Shown: positions 17,326 through 27,757 of the stretch, piece after piece
Layout: each line of letters opens with the position of its first letter
Numbering within the stretch: position 1 is the first letter of the stretch
NCBI GenBank assembly: GCA_039794085.1
Contig: JBDIWC010000034.1
Location: forward strand, 1-44,705
DNA length: 44,705 bases
Direction of reading: 5' to 3'
Origin: Gemmatimonadales bacterium
GTDB lineage: Bacteria; Gemmatimonadota; Gemmatimonadetes; Gemmatimonadales; GWC2-71-9
Notes under the pieces: model-generated
What the model saw: the letters and a program-made list of their open reading frames with translations, nothing else
Databases searched by the model: none
Told to the model about the DNA's origin: nothing
Position numbers and translations under genes: made by a program

Positions 17326-18075
17326 ATGGCTGGTCACAGCAAATGGAAGCAGATCAAGCGGAAGAAGGCGGTCACCGACTCCCGCCGGGCCTCGTCGTGG
17401 ACCAAGGTCATCCGGGAAATCACCGTGGCGGCCCGCGCCGGGGGGGGGGATCCCGGGGGGAATCCCCGGCTGCGCACCGCGATCGACGCCGCCAAGGCGG
17501 TCAACATGCCCTCTGAGAACATCGACCGCGCCATCAAGAAGGGGACCGGCGAGTTGGAGGGCGCCCAATACGAGGAACTGGTGTACGAGGGGTATGGTCC
17601 CGGTGGCGCCGCCATCCTGATCGAGGTGACCACTGACAACCCCAATCGGACGGTGGCCGAGATCCGGCACGCCTTCAGCCGGAACGGCGGGAATCTGGGC
17701 GCCACCAATTCGGTGTCGTGGATGTTCGAACGGAAGGGCCAGATCCTGATCGATGCCTCCCGGCACGACGAGGACGCCACGATGGAAGCCGCCCTCGAGG
17801 CGGGAGCGGAGGACGTCGTGCCCGACGGCGACTATCACCTCGTCACCACCACGCCGGCGGGTTTCCACGCGGTGCAGGACGGTCTGCGGGCCCGGTCCAT
17901 CACCATCGAGTCGTCCGAACTCGCGATGGTCCCCCAGAACACGGTGACACTCGAAGGCGCCGACGCCACGACCCTTCTGCGCCTGATCGAAGCCCTGGAG
18001 GACCTCGATGACGTCTCCAAGGTCTTCTCCAACTTCGACATCGACGCCAGCCAGCTGGCCGAAACCGAGGCCTGA
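17326..18075 (+). CDS. yebC: YebC/PmpR family protein
   Basis: MAGHSKW, NPRLR, YEGYGPGG, TDNPNRT. Confidence 0.97.
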   Translation: MAGHSKWKQIKRKKAVTDSRRASSWTKVIREITVAARAGGGDPGGNPRLRTAIDAAKAVNMPSENIDRAIKKGTGELEGAQYEELVYEGYGPGGAAILIEVTTDNPNRTVAEIRHAFSRNGGNLGATNSVSWMFERKGQILIDASRHDEDATMEAALEAGAEDVVPDGDYHLVTTTPAGFHAVQDGLRARSITIESSELAMVPQNTVTLEGADATTLLRLIEALEDLDDVSKVFSNFDIDASQLAETEA

Positions 18076-18081
18076 GACCCC

Positions 18082-18585
18082 GTGCGGGTACTGGGAATCG
18101 ACCCGGGGACCGCCGTGACCGGGTATGGTGTCGTCGACTCCCTGCCCGGGCACCCGGGCCGGCTCGTGGAGTGCGGCGTGATCCGCACCCGGGCCGACGA
18201 AACGCTCCCCGTTCGTCTCCACACCATTCACCAGGGGCTCCGCGACCTGATCGCCGCCCACTCACCGGACGTCGTGGCGGTTGAGGGGATGTTTCACCGG
18301 GCCAACGCGCGCACCACCGCGACCCTGGGCCATGCCCGCGGGGTCGTCCTCCTCGCCGCGGCCCAGGCCGGACTTCCGGTGGCCGAGTATCCGCCGGCCG
18401 TGGTGAAAAAGACCGTGGTGGACCGGGGCGCCGCCCAGAAGCATCAGGTCGGTTTCATGGTGGCCCGCCTGCTCGGATTGAAGGAAGCGCCCTCCCCGAA
18501 CGACGCCGCGGACGGGGTGGCCGTGGCCCTGACGCACCTGCTCCGGTCCGCTCCGGTCCGCCGCCTCGCCCCCGTGCCCCGGTGA
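18082..18585 (+). CDS. ruvC: Holliday junction resolvase
   Basis: LGIDPG, VAVE, HARGV, DAADGVAVA. Confidence 0.96.
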   Translation: MRVLGIDPGTAVTGYGVVDSLPGHPGRLVECGVIRTRADETLPVRLHTIHQGLRDLIAAHSPDVVAVEGMFHRANARTTATLGHARGVVLLAAAQAGLPVAEYPPAVVKKTVVDRGAAQKHQVGFMVARLLGLKEAPSPNDAADGVAVALTHLLRSAPVRRLAPVPR

Positions 18586-19193
18586 TCAGCACCCTCGCGG
18601 GGACGCTCTCCGACCGGTCGGGCGAGAGCATCGTCCTCCAGACCGATGGCGGCGTGGGGTACGAGGTGACCGTGCCGCTCGGCGTGCTGGAACGATTGCC
18701 CGCGATCGGCCAGCGCTGCCTGCTGCACACCGAGCTGGTGGTGCGCGAGGATGGCTGGGCCCTCTTCGGGTTCGACACCGCGGCCGAGCGGCAGATCTTC
18801 CGGCGCCTGCTGACGGCGAGCGGTTTCGGCCCGCGCCTCGCCCTCGCCACCCTCTCCGCCCTGGGGCCCGACCGGACGGTGAAGAGCATCCAGACCCGGG
18901 ATCTCGCGGCGTTGAGCACGGTGAGCGGGATCGGCAGGAAGAAGGCGGAGCGCCTGGTGCTGGAACTCCACGATCGCTTCCGGGACGTGGCGCTGCCGGC
19001 GGGAGACGGGAGTGCCACCGCGCTGCCGGTGGCCGAGGAGGCCCTGCGCGGACTCGAGGCGCTGGGCTATTCGGGCACCGAAGCGGCCGCCGCCATCCGG
19101 ACGGTTCTCGACCCCGGCGACCCGGCCGACACCCCCACCATCATTCGACGGGCGCTGGGTCACCTGACCGGCGTCCGGGGAGGCACCGCATGA
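18582..19193 (+). CDS. ruvA: Holliday junction branch migration protein A
   Basis: [39 protein letters not shown]. Confidence 0.96.
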   Translation: MISTLAGTLSDRSGESIVLQTDGGVGYEVTVPLGVLERLPAIGQRCLLHTELVVREDGWALFGFDTAAERQIFRRLLTASGFGPRLALATLSALGPDRTVKSIQTRDLAALSTVSGIGRKKAERLVLELHDRFRDVALPAGDGSATALPVAEEALRGLEALGYSGTEAAAAIRTVLDPGDPADTPTIIRRALGHLTGVRGGTA

Positions 19194-19372
19194 CCCCAGC
19201 ACCCTCACGACCGGTGACCGCAGAGTGGATCTGCACCCGGTGCGCCAGCACCAACCGCAAGCTCGTCCCTCCGGGCCACCCCGAGGTGACCGACCGGTGC
19301 GTTTCCTGTCATACCCGCCACGTGGTGTCCCGGGATCCGCGCCCGGTGCGCTGGACGGCGCGCGCCGCCTGA
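19190..19372 (+). CDS. Small putative zinc-ribbon protein
   Basis: WICTRC...CVSC; ATGA overlap with ruvA, stop 2 nt before the ruvB start. Confidence 0.7.
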   Translation: MTPAPSRPVTAEWICTRCASTNRKLVPPGHPEVTDRCVSCHTRHVVSRDPRPVRWTARAA

Positions 19373-19374
19373 CC

Positions 19375-20412
19375 GTGACCACCCGCGAAGTCACCACCCC
19401 GGAACGACTGCCCGACGACGACGGCGGGACCGACGCCACCCTGCGTCCGCCCCGTCTCTCAGATTTCGTGGGGCAGACCCAGGTGGTCACCTCGCTCCAG
19501 ATCGCCATCGACGCGGCCCGGGCGCGGGGCGAGGCACTCGACCACACCCTCTTCTTCGGTCCCCCCGGTCTCGGCAAGACCACTCTCGCCATGCTGATGG
19601 CACGCGAACTCGGGGTGCAGTGCCGCACCTCCGCGGGGCCGGCCCTGGAACGGGCGGGAGATCTGGTGGGGCTGTTGACCGGACTCGGCCCCGGGGACAT
19701 CCTCTTCATCGACGAGATCCACCGGCTCCGGCCGACCCTGGAGGAGTTCCTCTACCCGGCGATGGAGGATTTCCGGGTCGACGTCCGGATCGCCGAGGGG
19801 CCCAATGCCCAGACCATCCCGATGGCGCTGGAGCGGTTCACCCTGATCGGCGCCACCACGCGATTCGGCCAGCTCACCCCGCCGATGCGGGCGCGGTTCG
19901 GCCTGGTGGAGCGTCTCAGTTTCTACCCGCCCGAGGATCTGGAACGGATCGTCCGGCGCTCCGCCGCGATTCTGAAGGTGGAGATCGACGCCGAGGGGTC
20001 CCTGGAGATCGCCCGGCGCAGCCGGGGCACGCCGAGGGTGGCGAACCGGCTGCTGCGCCGGGTCCGCGACTACGCCGAGGTCCGGGCCGACGGCCGGATC
20101 ACGGCGGCGGTGGCCGCCGAGGCGCTCGCCCGGCTCAACGTGGATGAGTTCGGTCTCGACGACATGGACGCCCGGATCCTGGCCACGATCATCGAGAAGT
20201 TCGGGGGTGGTCCCGTGGGACTCGCCACCGTGGCGGCCGCGGTGGGAGAGGACGCGGGGACCCTGGAGGAGGTGTACGAACCGTACCTCCTGCAGCAGGG
20301 TTTTCTCGATCGCACCCCGCGCGGACGGGTGGCCACCGCCCAGGCCTATCGGCGCCTGGGCATCACTCCGCCGGCCGGTTCCGCCGGGCAGGCCTCGATC
20401 TTTGACGCCTGA
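19375..20412 (+). CDS. ruvB: Holliday junction branch migration helicase
   Basis: [40 protein letters not shown]. Confidence 0.98.
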   Translation: MTTREVTTPERLPDDDGGTDATLRPPRLSDFVGQTQVVTSLQIAIDAARARGEALDHTLFFGPPGLGKTTLAMLMARELGVQCRTSAGPALERAGDLVGLLTGLGPGDILFIDEIHRLRPTLEEFLYPAMEDFRVDVRIAEGPNAQTIPMALERFTLIGATTRFGQLTPPMRARFGLVERLSFYPPEDLERIVRRSAAILKVEIDAEGSLEIARRSRGTPRVANRLLRRVRDYAEVRADGRITAAVAAEALARLNVDEFGLDDMDARILATIIEKFGGGPVGLATVAAAVGEDAGTLEEVYEPYLLQQGFLDRTPRGRVATAQAYRRLGITPPAGSAGQASIFDA

Positions 20413-20425
20413 CCTCCGGTCGGCC

Positions 20426-21460
20426 GTGCGGACCGCGGATTTCGACTACCCGCTCCCCCCGGACCTGATCGCCCAGTTTCCGGCCGAGCGCCGGGACGCC
20501 TCCCGGCTGCTCGTGGTGCACCGGGATCGTCCCGGCCGGGCGGGGCTGGAGGACCGCCTCTTCCCCGATCTCGTCTCCCTTCCCTCCCCCGGCGACCTGC
20601 TGGTGCGCAACGTGACGCGGGTGTGGCCGGCCCGCTTTCTCGGCACCCGGGCCGGAGGCGGAGCCGCCGAGGTGCTGCTGGTGCATCCGGCCGCGATGGC
20701 GGGGAGCTGGATCGCCCTCGGGAAGCCGGGCCGCGCCCTCCAGCCGGGACGGCGGATCCGGGTAGCCCCCGAGCTGGAGATCGTGGTGGAGGACGTTCTG
20801 CCGGGGGGAGAACGGCAGGTCCGTTTCGAGGGCCTCTCCGCCGACGAGGCGATGGCGCGCCACGGCGTCCTCCCGCTTCCGCCGTACATCACCCGGCCGC
20901 CCGAGGCGGTGGACCGGGAGCGGTACCAGACCGTCTACGCGGACACCCCCGGAAGCGTGGCGGCCCCGACCGCGGGGCTCCACTTCACCCCCGCCCTGTT
21001 CGACGCCCTGGCCGCCCGGGGAGTGGAGGTCGGCAATCTGACGTTGGATGTAGGTCCGGGGACTTTCCGACCGATCGAGGCCGAGGACCCCGCTCAACAT
21101 CCGATGCACCCGGAACGTTATCACATCCCGGATGCCCTGGCCGCGCAGGTGCGCACGGTACGGGCCCGCGGAGGACGGGTCTGGGCCATCGGCACCACCG
21201 TGGTCCGCGCCCTGGAGGCGGCCGCGCGGGACGACGGCACGCTGGCCACCGGGGCCGCGGAGACCCGCCTCCTCATCACCCCCGGCTACCGGTTCCGCGT
21301 GGTGGATCGCCTCGTCACCAACTTTCACCTCCCGCGCTCCACCCTGCTCCTGCTGGTGGCCGCCCTGGCCGGCACCGACCGGATCCTCGAGGCGTACCAC
21401 CACGCGATCCGGCAGCGCTACCGCTTCTACAGCTACGGCGACGCCATGGTCATCCTGTGA
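20426..21460 (+). CDS. queA: SAM:tRNA ribosyltransferase-isomerase
   Basis: FDYPLP, PLPPYI, YQTVYA, GSVAAPTAGLHF, TNFHLP, YRFYSYGDAM. Confidence 0.97.
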   Translation: MRTADFDYPLPPDLIAQFPAERRDASRLLVVHRDRPGRAGLEDRLFPDLVSLPSPGDLLVRNVTRVWPARFLGTRAGGGAAEVLLVHPAAMAGSWIALGKPGRALQPGRRIRVAPELEIVVEDVLPGGERQVRFEGLSADEAMARHGVLPLPPYITRPPEAVDRERYQTVYADTPGSVAAPTAGLHFTPALFDALAARGVEVGNLTLDVGPGTFRPIEAEDPAQHPMHPERYHIPDALAAQVRTVRARGGRVWAIGTTVVRALEAAARDDGTLATGAAETRLLITPGYRFRVVDRLVTNFHLPRSTLLLLVAALAGTDRILEAYHHAIRQRYRFYSYGDAMVIL

Positions 21461-22593
21461 TGTTCACCTTCCACCTCGAGGGCACCGACGGGGGAGGGCG
21501 CGCCGGCCGACTCGTCCTCCCGCACGGGATCGTGGAAACCCCCGCCTTCATGCCGGTCGGAACCCACGGCGCGGTGCGGGGCCTCCACCCCGCCGAGGTG
21601 CAGGAGGCGGGGGCCACGATCATCCTGGGCAACACCTATCACCTGCACCTGCGCCCCGGAGAGCAGGTGATCGAGGCCCTGGGCGGACTCCACCGGTTCA
21701 CCACCTGGCCCGGACCGATGTTGACCGATTCGGGAGGGTTCCAGGTCTTCTCCCTCGAGGGTCTCCGGCGCATCGAGGAGGGAGGGGTCGAGTTCGTGAG
21801 TCACATCGACGGCTCCACCCGCGTCCTCACGCCCGAGTCGAGCATGGAGATCCAGTGGGCCCTGGGGGCGGACGTGGCCATGGCCTTCGATCATGTGGTG
21901 CCGGGCCAGGCCCCCCACGCCCTCGCGACCGAGGGGATGGAGCGGACCCTTCGATGGCTCGCCCGGGGCCGGGACCGCCACGCGGAGCTGGCCGCGGAGT
22001 CCGCGCCCCGGCAAACCCTCTGGCCCATCGTTCAGGGGGGAACCCACGCCGATCTCCGCGCCCGCTCGCTGGAGGGTACCCTGGCCCTCGGCCCCTGGAC
22101 CGGCATCGCCATCGGGGGTCTGTCGGTGGGGGAACCGAAGCCGGTGATGCACGAGGTGCTGGAGCGTCTGGGACCCGGCCTCCCGGAGGATCGGCCCCGT
22201 TATCTTATGGGCGTCGGATTTCCCGATGATCTGGTGGAGGGCATTGCCCGGGGCGTCGATCTCTTCGACTGCGTGGCCGCCACGCGGAACGGGCGCCACG
22301 GGAGCGCCTGGACCACGGGGGGTAAGGTCAACGTGCGCAAGGCGGGTCATCGTCGCCTGGACGAGCCCCTCGACCCCGAGTGTGATTGTGCCACCTGCCG
22401 GCGGTTTTCGGTCGGCTACCTCCGGCACCTGTTCGTCGCGGGCGAGATGCTGGGCATGCGCCTGGTCTCCCTGCACAACATCCGGTTCCTCATCCGGCTG
22501 GCCGCCGACGCACGGCGGGCGATCGAGGAGCACCGGTTCACCGCCTGGCGTCGCGCCTGGCATGCGCGCTCTCACGCGCGAGGAGATGCATGA
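21460..22593 (+). CDS. tgt: tRNA-guanine(34) transglycosylase
   Basis: TPAFMPVGT, NTYHL, DSGGFQ, IVQGG, GGLSVGE, PRYLMGVG, CDCATC. Confidence 0.97.
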   Translation: MFTFHLEGTDGGGRAGRLVLPHGIVETPAFMPVGTHGAVRGLHPAEVQEAGATIILGNTYHLHLRPGEQVIEALGGLHRFTTWPGPMLTDSGGFQVFSLEGLRRIEEGGVEFVSHIDGSTRVLTPESSMEIQWALGADVAMAFDHVVPGQAPHALATEGMERTLRWLARGRDRHAELAAESAPRQTLWPIVQGGTHADLRARSLEGTLALGPWTGIAIGGLSVGEPKPVMHEVLERLGPGLPEDRPRYLMGVGFPDDLVEGIARGVDLFDCVAATRNGRHGSAWTTGGKVNVRKAGHRRLDEPLDPECDCATCRRFSVGYLRHLFVAGEMLGMRLVSLHNIRFLIRLAADARRAIEEHRFTAWRRAWHARSHARGDA

Positions 22594-22937
22594 TGTCACC
22601 GGGAGTTGCGTTCCTGCTCATGGCCCCCGCTCAGAACGGAGGAGGAGGCGGCATGTCGATCCTGCTGTTCCAGGTCGTTGCCATCGGCCTGGTCTTCTAC
22701 TTTCTCATCATCCGGCCTCAGAGCCAGGCCCGCAAGCGGCACGCGGAGATCCTGGCCGCCCTCAAGAAGGGCGACGAGATCACGACCAGCGGCGGCATCA
22801 TCGGCAAGGTGAAGGAGATCAAGGACGACCGCGTGACGATCGAGAGCGGCTCGTCGACCCTGGTGGTGGAACGGGCGCGCATCATCCGCGTGGGGGACGC
22901 CACGGCTCCCGGGGCACACGGAGGAGGCGCGGGCTGA
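22590..22937 (+). CDS. yajC: Preprotein translocase subunit YajC
   Basis: FYFLIIRPQ, LKKGDEITTSGGIIGKV; follows tgt. Confidence 0.95.
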   Translation: MMSPGVAFLLMAPAQNGGGGGMSILLFQVVAIGLVFYFLIIRPQSQARKRHAEILAALKKGDEITTSGGIIGKVKEIKDDRVTIESGSSTLVVERARIIRVGDATAPGAHGGGAG

Positions 22938-23455
22938 TGGCCCTGCTCGACATCCACCTGCTGGGTGCTCCGATCCTGCGCACCCGGAGTCCCGAGATCG
23001 ATCGTTTCGACGACACGCTGCGCCTCCTGGTGGAGGACATGTTCGAGACGATGGATGCTGCCGAGGGTGTGGGCCTCGCGGCCAATCAGGTGGGGCTGGC
23101 CCTGCGGGTCGCCGTGGTGGGTGTGGAGGACGAGCGGTTCGCCCTCGTCAACCCGGTGATCACCCAGGCGGAGGGACGCTCCCGCGCCGAGGAGGGGTGC
23201 CTCTCGATCCCCGAGCTCTACGGCGAGGTGACCCGGGCGGAGCGGATCGTGGTGCGGGCCATGGATCCTCGGGGCGAACCGTGGGAACGGGAGGCCGAGG
23301 GGCTCCTGGCGCGTGCCATCCAGCATGAGGTCGATCATCTGGACGGGATCCTCTTCCTGGATCACCTGTCGGTGCTGAAGCGGCAGATGCTGCTGGCCAA
23401 ATGGCGCAAGGAAAACAAGGGGAAGGAACTCGTCCGGCGGCTCCGGCCCGTCTGA
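22937..23455 (+). CDS. def: Peptide deformylase
   Basis: GVGLAANQ, EGCLS, QHEVDHLDG. Confidence 0.97.
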   Translation: MALLDIHLLGAPILRTRSPEIDRFDDTLRLLVEDMFETMDAAEGVGLAANQVGLALRVAVVGVEDERFALVNPVITQAEGRSRAEEGCLSIPELYGEVTRAERIVVRAMDPRGEPWEREAEGLLARAIQHEVDHLDGILFLDHLSVLKRQMLLAKWRKENKGKELVRRLRPV

Positions 23456-23469
23456 CGTCCCCGGCCGCC

Positions 23470-24405
23470 GTGCGGATCGTCTTCTTCGGAACGCCGGCCT
23501 TCGCCGTTCCCAGCCTGCTGGCCCTTCTAGCCGAGGGCGCCTCGGTGGTCGGCGTGGTGACACAGCCCGACCGACCCCAGGGCCGGTCCCGATCGACACT
23601 GGTCCCCCCTCCGGTCAAGGTGGAAGCGCTCCGACACGGGATTCCCGTCTTCCAACCGGACCGCCCCCGGGGCGACGTCTTCCTCACCACCCTCAGTCAC
23701 CTTGAGCCCACGCTCGGCATCGTGGTGGCCTATGGTCACATCCTCCGCCCCGAGGTCCTGGCCATCCCTCCGCTGGGCATGATCAATGTCCATGCCTCGC
23801 TCCTCCCCCGCCATCGCGGGGCGGCGCCGATCCAGGCCGCCCTTCTCGCGGGCGACCAGGTGACCGGCATCAGCATCATGCAGTTGGACCAGGGGATGGA
23901 CACCGGCCCGATCCTGCACCGGGTGGAGACGCCGATTCTCGACACCGACACCACGGGCACCCTCACCACGCGGCTGGCCGACCTCGGGGGCGTGGCGCTC
24001 GTCGAGGCCCTCGCCCTGCTCCGGCTTGGACGCCTGCAGGCGGTGCCGCAGGAACCGGCCTTCGCCACGCATGCGCCCAAGATCAGGCGCGAGGTGGCCC
24101 GCATCACCTGGGATGCTCCCGCCGATCTCGTGGCACGCCACATCCGCGCCTTCGACCCGGACCCCGGCGCCTGGACGCTGCACCACGAGACCCCGGTCAA
24201 GCTCTTTGCACCCGCCCCGGTGCCGGTTCCCCCCCCCCCGCCACTCTCCCCCGGAGAGATTCGCCTGGACGAGGGCCGGGTGCTCATCGGAACCGGGGAC
24301 GGCGCCGTGGCCATTGAATCGGTGCAGCCCGCGGGACGCCCCCGCATGAAGGCCCTGGCGTGGCTGCGCGGCCGCACCGCTCTCTCCGGCGACCGCCTCG
24401 CGTGA
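23470..24405 (+). CDS. fmt: Methionyl-tRNA formyltransferase
   Basis: RIVFFGTPAFA, VTQPDRP, INVHASLLPRHRGAAPIQ. Confidence 0.97.
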   Translation: MRIVFFGTPAFAVPSLLALLAEGASVVGVVTQPDRPQGRSRSTLVPPPVKVEALRHGIPVFQPDRPRGDVFLTTLSHLEPTLGIVVAYGHILRPEVLAIPPLGMINVHASLLPRHRGAAPIQAALLAGDQVTGISIMQLDQGMDTGPILHRVETPILDTDTTGTLTTRLADLGGVALVEALALLRLGRLQAVPQEPAFATHAPKIRREVARITWDAPADLVARHIRAFDPDPGAWTLHHETPVKLFAPAPVPVPPPPPLSPGEIRLDEGRVLIGTGDGAVAIESVQPAGRPRMKALAWLRGRTALSGDRLA

Positions 24406-25085
24406 CAGCGATGCCCCCGGCGTCACCCTCACCAGGAGTTCCTCCCGTCCTTCCCCATCTTTTCGCCTTCAGCACCTCCGAGCTGGTGGCGCACCCGGGA
24501 GCGAACGAGGTCCTCCGCTCCCTCGCCTCACTCGGATCCCGGGTCGCACTCGTGGCCCGGCATACGCGTGACGGTGCCGATGGACGCGCCCTCTCCGACC
24601 TGACCGCCCGATTCATGGCCCTCGCCGCCCCGGCCGGCGCCGCCGTCTTCGTGGCGGGCCGCCCCGACATCGCGGCCGCCTGGGGTGCGGCCGGCATTTA
24701 CCTTCGCGCCGCCGACCTCGCGCCCTCCTCGGCCCGGGCCATCCACCCCGCGGCCCGGTGGGTCGGGCGCGCGGTCCATTCGGTGCCCGAGGCCACGGTG
24801 GCCGCCGCCCAGGGAGCCGATTACCTCGTGTTCGGCAACGTGTTCGAGACGGCAACGCATCCCGGCCGGCCGGCCCGGGGCCTCGACGAGTTGGCGGCCG
24901 TGGTGGCGGTGGGCCCTCCGGTGGTGGCCATCGGGGGCATCACGCCCGAGCGCGTGGAGGCAGTGGCCGGGACCGGCGCCTGGGGTGTCGCGGCCATCCG
25001 CGCCCTCCGGGACTCGGCAGACCCGCGGACCACCGCGGAGGAGCTCCTGGCCCCGTGGGCGGCGGACAGCGGCCATCGGCAATGA
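24402..25085 (+). CDS. Thiamine phosphate synthase/TenI family protein (divergent)
   Basis: GADYLVFG, VVAIGGI, GVAAIRA; upstream of thiS-thiG; several canonical ThiE residues absent. Confidence 0.8.
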   Translation: MTAMPPASPSPGVPPVLPHLFAFSTSELVAHPGANEVLRSLASLGSRVALVARHTRDGADGRALSDLTARFMALAAPAGAAVFVAGRPDIAAAWGAAGIYLRAADLAPSSARAIHPAARWVGRAVHSVPEATVAAAQGADYLVFGNVFETATHPGRPARGLDELAAVVAVGPPVVAIGGITPERVEAVAGTGAWGVAAIRALRDSADPRTTAEELLAPWAADSGHRQ

Positions 25086-25268
25086 GGGGCCCCCGCCACC
25101 CCCCAACCACAAATCCGGATCATGACGTACCCACCACGGCCTCCGCGGTGACCCCGCTCCACCCCGGGTGAAACCGCGGAGAGCCGGAGGACACAGAGGG
25201 TTGACGGTTCCCACGACACGCTCCTCGTCTCGCACGGCACAGGGAAGTCCCCTGAAAACAGCGGTTTC

Positions 25269-25346
25269 AACCACGAAAACCACGAAACGACACGAAAGGG
25301 GATGGGGGTGGGCTTCTGTTTGTGCGTTTTCGTGCATTTCGTGGTT
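25269..25346. repeat. Hairpin element with 9-nt periodic arms (AACCACGAAA...TTTCGTGGTT)
   Basis: aaccacgaaaaccacgaaacgacacgaaa ... ttttcgtgcatttcgtggtt. Confidence 0.8.
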
Positions 25347-25378
25347 CCAAAGCGACGTCCCGGACCCACTCCTTCTCC

Positions 25379-25404
25379 CTTCAAACTTCGAACTTCACAC
25401 TTCG
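25379..25404 (+). repeat. CTTC-type heptamer tract before the thiS -10 box
   Basis: cttcaaacttcgaacttcacacttcg then TATCTT, 6 nt, ATG. Confidence 0.8.
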
Positions 25405-25418
25405 ATTATCTTTCACCC

Positions 25419-25634
25419 ATGACGAGGACGCCCCTCTCCCTGACCGTCAACGGCGACCCCCGGTCGGTCCCCGGTCCCGCCACCGTGGCCGATCTGCTGG
25501 CCCACCTGTCCCTCGATCCCCGGGCCGTGGTGGTGGAGGTGAACCGAACCATCCTGCGCCGTCCCGACCTGGAGTCGACCCCGCTTCACGAGGGGGATTC
25601 GGTGGAAGTGGTGCACTTCGTGGGAGGTGGGTGA
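25419..25634 (+). CDS. thiS: Sulfur carrier protein ThiS
   Basis: TVNG, VVVEVN, EVVHFVGGG C-terminus. Confidence 0.95.
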   Translation: MTRTPLSLTVNGDPRSVPGPATVADLLAHLSLDPRAVVVEVNRTILRRPDLESTPLHEGDSVEVVHFVGGG

Positions 25635-25637
25635 CCG

Positions 25638-26435
25638 ATGACCACGACCCTCTCCTCCGCCGGAAAGGATACCCTCCTCACCATCGCGGGGCGCTCGTTC
25701 CGGTCCCGCCTCATGGTGGGAACCGGCAAGTATGCCACCCACGCCCTGATGCTCGACGCCCTCGACGCCTCGGGAGCGGAGATCGTCACCGTGGCGGTCC
25801 GCCGGGTGGACCTCGACCGGACCCGGGAGGAGGGGATCCTCCACCACCTCGACCCCAACCGTTTCTTCCTGCTGGCCAACACCGCCGGCTGTTACACCGC
25901 GGAGGACGCCGTTCGCTATGCCCGCCTGGCGCGGGAGGCGGGCTTCAACGACTTCGTCAAGCTGGAGGTCATCGGAGACCGCGAGACCCTCCTGCCCGAC
26001 ACCGTGGGCCTCCTCGAGGCCGCCCGGACCCTCGCCGGGGAGGGCTTTCAGGTTCTGGCCTACACCAGTGACGACCTCATCACCGCGCTGCGGCTGGAGG
26101 ATGCCGGCTGCGCGGCGGTGATGCCCCTGGCGAGCCCGATCGGAAGCGGCCTGGGGATGATCAACCCCTTCACCATCCGGACCATCACCCACCGTCTCTC
26201 GGTCCCGGTAATCGTGGACGCCGGGGTGGGCACCGCGTCCGACGCCTGCCTGGTGATGGAACAGGGGGTGGACGGCATCCTGATGAACACGGCCCTGGCG
26301 GAGGCGAAGGACCCCGTCCTCATGGCCGGTGCCATGCGCGACGCCGTGAGCGCCGGACGCGCCGCCTGGCTCGCGGGCCGGATGCCGCGGCGCGAGATCG
26401 CGGTCCCGTCGAGCCCGCTCACCGGCATGCTGTGA
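25638..26435 (+). CDS. thiG: Thiazole synthase
   Basis: [39 protein letters not shown]. Confidence 0.97.
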   Translation: MTTTLSSAGKDTLLTIAGRSFRSRLMVGTGKYATHALMLDALDASGAEIVTVAVRRVDLDRTREEGILHHLDPNRFFLLANTAGCYTAEDAVRYARLAREAGFNDFVKLEVIGDRETLLPDTVGLLEAARTLAGEGFQVLAYTSDDLITALRLEDAGCAAVMPLASPIGSGLGMINPFTIRTITHRLSVPVIVDAGVGTASDACLVMEQGVDGILMNTALAEAKDPVLMAGAMRDAVSAGRAAWLAGRMPRREIAVPSSPLTGML

Positions 26436-27757
26436 TTCCCTCGGCCCGGCCCGGAGGACAACCCCTGCGCTCCGATTTCTCCGCCCCCGGCGTGGCGGTG
26501 CGCCAGGCCGCGTTCGATGTGCTGAGTGCCCTGCGGGAGGGTGAACCGTGGGACCTCGCACTCGATCGCGCCATCACTCCCCTCGCCGAGGCGGACCGTC
26601 ACCTCGCCCATGAGATCGCAGCCGGCGTCTGCCGTCACCGCATCGGCCTCGACATCGCCCTGCAGCCCCTGCTTCATCACCCGCTCTCCCGTCTCGATCC
26701 CGGCCTCCGGGACATTCTCCACCTCGGGGCCTATCAGTTCGTGTACCTTGACCGGATCCCGGTCCATGCCGCCGTGGACACGGCGGTGACCCTGGCCCGC
26801 CAGGGGGGACATTCCCGGGCCGCCGGCCTGGTCAACGCGGTGCTCCGGCGCCTGGTGACGACCCCGGAACATCGCGAGGCGATCCGGCAGGCTCCCACCC
26901 ACCCGCCGTGGCTCCTCTCCCGGTGGACCCGGCACTTCGGCGCCGAGCCCACGGCCCGGCTCGCGGCCTGGAATGACTCTCCCTCTCCCCTCGTGGTCCA
27001 GCCGGCTCGCTGGACGGACGAGCGGATCGCAACCGCCTGGACCGGCGCCGGGATCCCCTGGAAGGAGGCCCCCTTCGGCGCGGGACTCCAGCCCGGCACG
27101 CGGGACCCGCGGTCCCTGCCGGGATTTGCCGAGGGAGGGTTCATCGTCCAGGATTCGGCGCAGGCCCTGGTGGTCCGTTCCTTTGGAATCCCGCCGGGGG
27201 CCGTGGTCCTCGATGCCTGTGCCGCCCCCGGAGGGAAAACCATCAGCATGGGCCGGATCGCCGGGCTGGTGATTGCCGGTGAGCGGAGCCCGGGCCGCCT
27301 GACCCGGCTCCGGGCCTCGGTGCGCCGGGCCGGATCGGGACGGGAACTGATTCTCCGGGCCGATGCCGCCGCCCCTGCGATCCGGCCGGTGGAGGTCGTG
27401 GTGCTCGACGTGCCCTGTCTCGGCACCGGCACCCTGGCCCGGCACCCCGATGCCCGCTGGCGGGTGACCCGGGAGGCGCTCCGCACCCTCGTGGCGCAGG
27501 GCGCCGCGCTGCTCGAGTCCACCGCCCGCGTGGTGCGACCGGGCGGGTGGTTATGTTTCTCCACCTGTTCGCTGGAACCGGAAGAGAACGAGGAACAGGT
27601 GGAGACGTTTCTGGCCCGCCATCCCCATTTCGTACGAGACCCCGCCCCCGGGACGGTGCCTGACGTCCTGCGCACACCGGGGGGAGATCTGTCCCTCCGG
27701 CCCCACGACCATGCGACCGACGGGGCCTTCGCCTCCCGCCTGCGCCGGGTCTCCTGA
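26432..27757 (+). CDS. rsmB: 16S rRNA m5C967 methyltransferase (RsmB/Sun)
   Basis: NusB-like N-terminus (GLVNAVLR), [31 protein letters not shown]. Confidence 0.93.
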   Translation: MIPSARPGGQPLRSDFSAPGVAVRQAAFDVLSALREGEPWDLALDRAITPLAEADRHLAHEIAAGVCRHRIGLDIALQPLLHHPLSRLDPGLRDILHLGAYQFVYLDRIPVHAAVDTAVTLARQGGHSRAAGLVNAVLRRLVTTPEHREAIRQAPTHPPWLLSRWTRHFGAEPTARLAAWNDSPSPLVVQPARWTDERIATAWTGAGIPWKEAPFGAGLQPGTRDPRSLPGFAEGGFIVQDSAQALVVRSFGIPPGAVVLDACAAPGGKTISMGRIAGLVIAGERSPGRLTRLRASVRRAGSGRELILRADAAAPAIRPVEVVVLDVPCLGTGTLARHPDARWRVTREALRTLVAQGAALLESTARVVRPGGWLCFSTCSLEPEENEEQVETFLARHPHFVRDPAPGTVPDVLRTPGGDLSLRPHDHATDGAFASRLRRVS

